From positions 1,041,170 through 1,105,169 of the forward strand of contig NW_005434671.1 of the NCBI RefSeq assembly GCF_000315625.1: a DNA stretch of 64,000 bases. The letters run 5' to 3'. Positions 60,590 through 64,000 of this stretch are shown here, one piece after another (position 1 is the first letter of the stretch; each line of letters opens with the position of its first letter). The notes beneath the pieces are model-generated. The model saw nothing but the letters and a program-made list of their open reading frames with translations. It was not told the origin of the DNA and ran no database searches. The position numbers were made by a program, and so were the translations under genes. This DNA is from Guillardia theta CCMP2712 (lineage: Eukaryota; Protista; Cryptophyta).

Positions 60590-61340
60590 ATGGTACAAAT
60601 TGAAAACAAAATGATACAAATATTGTAAATTTTCTACTGGCAGAACTGATCCAAAGTCAAATTTTTGTACCTCAATTTGCTCTTACAACAAGAAGTAATT
60701 TTCTTTTAGCTCACTTCTAAAACTTTGGTTGTTTGATCACTACAAAATTTTGATTTTAAAAATTATTTAAGATGCCTGGTAAAACATGCTGTAGTTTTAG
60801 AACTGTTTTTGGTCTGCAGTTAGTTTTAAAATCGCCGGATGCATTCCGGGAATTCTGATTTGTGCACTGCAGATCGAAAACAGTTCCGAGGCAAGCCTGT
60901 GAAAGTCAAGAACTTTTTAAAATCGCCGGATGCACTCCGGTAATTTGCCTCGAGGCAAGCCTGGTCCGAGGCAAGCCTGTGAAAGACAGAACTTGTTGCC
61001 GACCGATGCAGAAGTCATTAATTTTCCGAAACTTGGTTCTGACAAAATTCTTAAGTTCTAAAATATTTTGATATGAGCTATTTTACCTTCAGAAATTCAC
61101 TTTTCTGGAATATATTGGACAAATACTTCCCAAAAGTTGTTCTACAAGGACACACACTGAAAGTAGTCCAATTGTCGTTCGTCCTGGGGTACTCAACTTG
61201 AGCATCAAACGAAGGACACGACACACCAGGGGTAGGCTCTGATGGCAAACCCCGGCTTCAGATTGTGATGCAGAGGTAGAGGTTGTACTGAGTGTCATAA
61301 TAGCATCAGGCCTTGAAGTCAATACCCCGAAGGTCTGGAT
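60590..61340. mobile_element. AT-rich repeat/transposon remnant with internal direct repeats
   Basis: TTTTAAAATCGCCGGATGCA(T/C)TCCGG twice (~60824, ~60915) and CGAGGCAAGCCTG three times (~60886, ~60951, ~60966); no coding signal. Confidence 0.4.
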
Positions 61341-62105
61341 AGAGCCATTCGAGAATCCCCTTCGTTATGAGGGGTAGGGTAGTCAAAGCGTGCCCGAGGG
61401 TAGTGGTATCCGCCCTCGTTGCTAATAGGAGAGCTCCTGGAGACTACAGGGGTACATGGAGAAAGCGGTTTCGTCCCATTGGGTGGGGTGGGGTGGGGTA
61501 ACTGGGTGGGTGGGTGGGTGGGCTGGATGTGTGGAGGGACATGGTGGGTGGGAGGAATAAAAGCGGGAGAAAAAATAGACCTTGAGGGGTGGGGTGGTAA
61601 GGTATTTTCCTTCAGAGGATTACTATTATCAGGGTCTCCGTGGTGAGTTTCATGTGGAAGGGGGTAGTTATAGGATTGTTGTGGGGTAGGTTGGGTCAGA
61701 GTGATGTGGGGGTGGGTAAACTATGTGGGGTAGTGGATCCTTTGGCGGGAGATCCCGCTCCTCGTCCTGCCCCTGCAGCGTTTCGTCGATCTTGGTCGCA
61801 GCGCCTGCCCCCCCCTCCCCCCTCCACAACCTCTGTTCCTCTCCCTCCTCGTTGCAGGCATACCTTGTTCTGTCCGTGATCTGACGGGGAACTGTGCGTC
61901 TAGCTCGTGTCGGTCTCATTGAGCCACAATCACAAGAATTGCCAATACCCTCGATATCCTCGGAGGTGTTCTGCTTCGTTTGATTGTGCTGTAGTGGCTA
62001 AGAGGCATCTGTGGATAAGAGAAAAATCCTATCCTCCTGAGGGGCCAGAGCGAATCGCAGTTCGGATTGATTCAAAGGTCTGAGCGAGAAAAGTGCACTC
62101 CTAAA

Positions 62106-63090
62106 ATGTCTTTGGAAGAGAGTATTGCGAAGCAGATTGGTGATACAAAACCATTAGACGTTGAGAGGCTGTGTCTCGATCAAGCAAAATGTGGCGATAA
62201 CCTCGCTGCATTGTCTCCCTACAAAAACTTGGTTTCATTATCCCTGCAAGACTGTGGAATCACTTCGTTGGAAACCTTGCCAGAACTTAGCCTTTTGACT
62301 ACTCTGAAATTGGGCGATAATAGAATCAAAGGAGGTTTGGAGTTCATCACTAAATCTCCCGAACTAGAGAAGCTCTATCTTGCAGGAAACATGATACCTG
62401 ATATTGAGGCGTTGAAGCCTTTGTCCAAGCTGACTAAACTGGAATGGCTTGACCTGGAAGGAAATCCTGCCAAGGAGGAAGATGGCTATTCAGCTAAGCT
62501 GTTTGATTTGATTCCGTCGTTGGTGGTCCTAGATGGAAAGGACAAGGGTGGAGAAGAACTTGATGAAGCAGATGATGATGACGAGGTGGGGAACAAAAGT
62601 CATTAAAGCTCTGTGTTGTAACCTTGTACTCACTGTTCGGATTCTTATCAGGAGGAGGAAGAGGAAGAAGAGGGAGAAGATGAGGTGAGCGACAATTGAT
62701 GTAGATTCATTATTCTGATTCTTCTGACAGGACGAAGAAGTATTGAACATTTGGGATTTCCTGTAGATGTGCTAACAAATTTTTAGGGGGCGGAGGGCGA
62801 AGAGGAGGAAGAGGAGGAAGAAGACGATGAAAATGATAACTATCGCGCAATTCTTTCAGGAGACCAGGTTTACGAAGAAGACGAGGAAGATGGTGAGATT
62901 TCTTTTTTCGCTTTTAGCGGTATATGTTACCATGACGTTGTGGGTCAGACGATTTTCAACCTCCAGCTGAGGAACCTGAGGATCTTGAGATCGAAGAGGA
63001 AGAAGATGCGGATTTGGGTGAACAGACAGTGCTTGGAAAGCACGAGAGAGAAGATATCGATGATGGAGAGGACGAGCCCAACAAAAAGTG
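62106..63090 (+). CDS. ANP32: ANP32 family acidic leucine-rich nuclear phosphoprotein
   Basis: LRRs LVSLSLQDCGITSL, LTTLKLGDNRIKGGLE, LEKLYLAGNMI, LEWLDLEGNP, cap YSAKLFDLIPSLVVLDGKD, acidic tail over several small exons ending EPNKK; final exon uncertain. Confidence 0.9.
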
Positions 63091-63581
63091 AATGCTGACA
63101 ATTTTGAAGCGTTCACAATTTGGAAAATTGATCGTACATATTTAACGATGCCCACAAGACGGGAATGCTGACTTACGAGCGTTCGACTTCATGTAAATTC
63201 CGATATCGACAACAATGCTCTCTGCGGTTGAAGGCAAGGGTCTTCGACCTTTTATTGCAGGCGGCGCAGCCTCAACTGAGGGTGCCTTTCTTGAGAGCCT
63301 CGTATTGCTCCTCTATAGACAAAATTTTTCGTTTTCCAAGAGGTGCGCTGCTGCCTTGTGTCTGCAAAAGCAATTAAGTTATTGATTAATTAAAAATCGA
63401 AACAAGTTAATGATGAACCTTTGTGCCTGAATCTGATGATGCAGTGTTGAAGGTTGAAGATGGCGATCGTCCGACAAAGTTACTGCCGTATTCAACTTTA
63501 AGCGGAGGAGCATCAGGAGGAGACCATCTGCTCCTGGGAGGACCATGAAGAGTTCAGTTCAAGCATGAGATGAAATGGCAA

Positions 63582-64000
63582 CTAAAACCTGTACACCCGA
63601 ATCTCATTTGGCTTCAAGGGCGATGTTGAAGTCAATGCAGGCCGGAGAGAAGCCATCTTGTAAGGGAAGAAAAATCCAAATAACATTGGGAGAATCTCAA
63701 GGTACTCCTTGTTTTTAGTGTAAGCGACAATGAGAACGAGAAGGAGCCCAAATCTTGCTGGTGTGCTGGGATCGAACATTGTGCTTCTGTTCCCCTACGC
63801 AAAGATATCAAGCCAACTCGCACAGAGACATTTTGAATTACAGACTCTCCCAGCCTGTCTGCCGTGCGCGTGAGGAGAAATGCATACGCAAGACTTGAGA
63901 CGGCGCCTGCATGGCATCATGTTGTATCGGGCAGTGATATCATCGTACCTATCACAAAGCTATTCACGGTGGACTCGGGCAAGAAAAGATTCATCATTGA
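63582..64000 (-). CDS. 3' part of a CGL160/Atp1 (ATP synthase assembly)-like thylakoid membrane protein; truncated by the window edge
   Basis: Spliced SFVIGAVSSLAYAFLLTRTADRLG..PARFGLLLVLIV..LEILPMLFGFFFPYKMA resembles the CGL160 C-terminus (..LIPMLVGFFTYKIA). Confidence 0.65.

Overview
Compact, intron-dense eukaryotic nuclear DNA with short (~45-60 nt) introns, occasional GC-AG introns, many microsatellites and one 100-N assembly gap. It encodes flagellar (RSP4/6), mitochondrial (COX5B) and plastid-related genes (DCC1-like with a signal peptide plus Phe transit peptide; CGL160-like). This points to a flagellated alga with a complex red plastid, most likely a cryptophyte such as Guillardia theta (inference from gene content and style, no database search). 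About 21 protein-coding genes can be reconstructed by hand; most short ORFs in the track are shadows of these genes or of microsatellites. The standout feature is a canonical EF-1alpha with an N-terminal signal peptide and transit-like linker ending in LRLRGG, the exact C-terminus of ubiquitin, directly before the normal mature N-terminus GKEK. This suggests a periplastid-targeted translation factor matured by a deubiquitinase-type cut. Other notable items are unusual domain architectures (EGF-TM-WWE receptor, NSF-N/PDZ protein lacking an ATPase, F-box plus dead Sec7, signal-peptide TPR-GT41, oleosin-like hairpin protein) and two recurring promoter-associated sequence 'dialects'. Exon boundaries and several start and stop positions are manual estimates.
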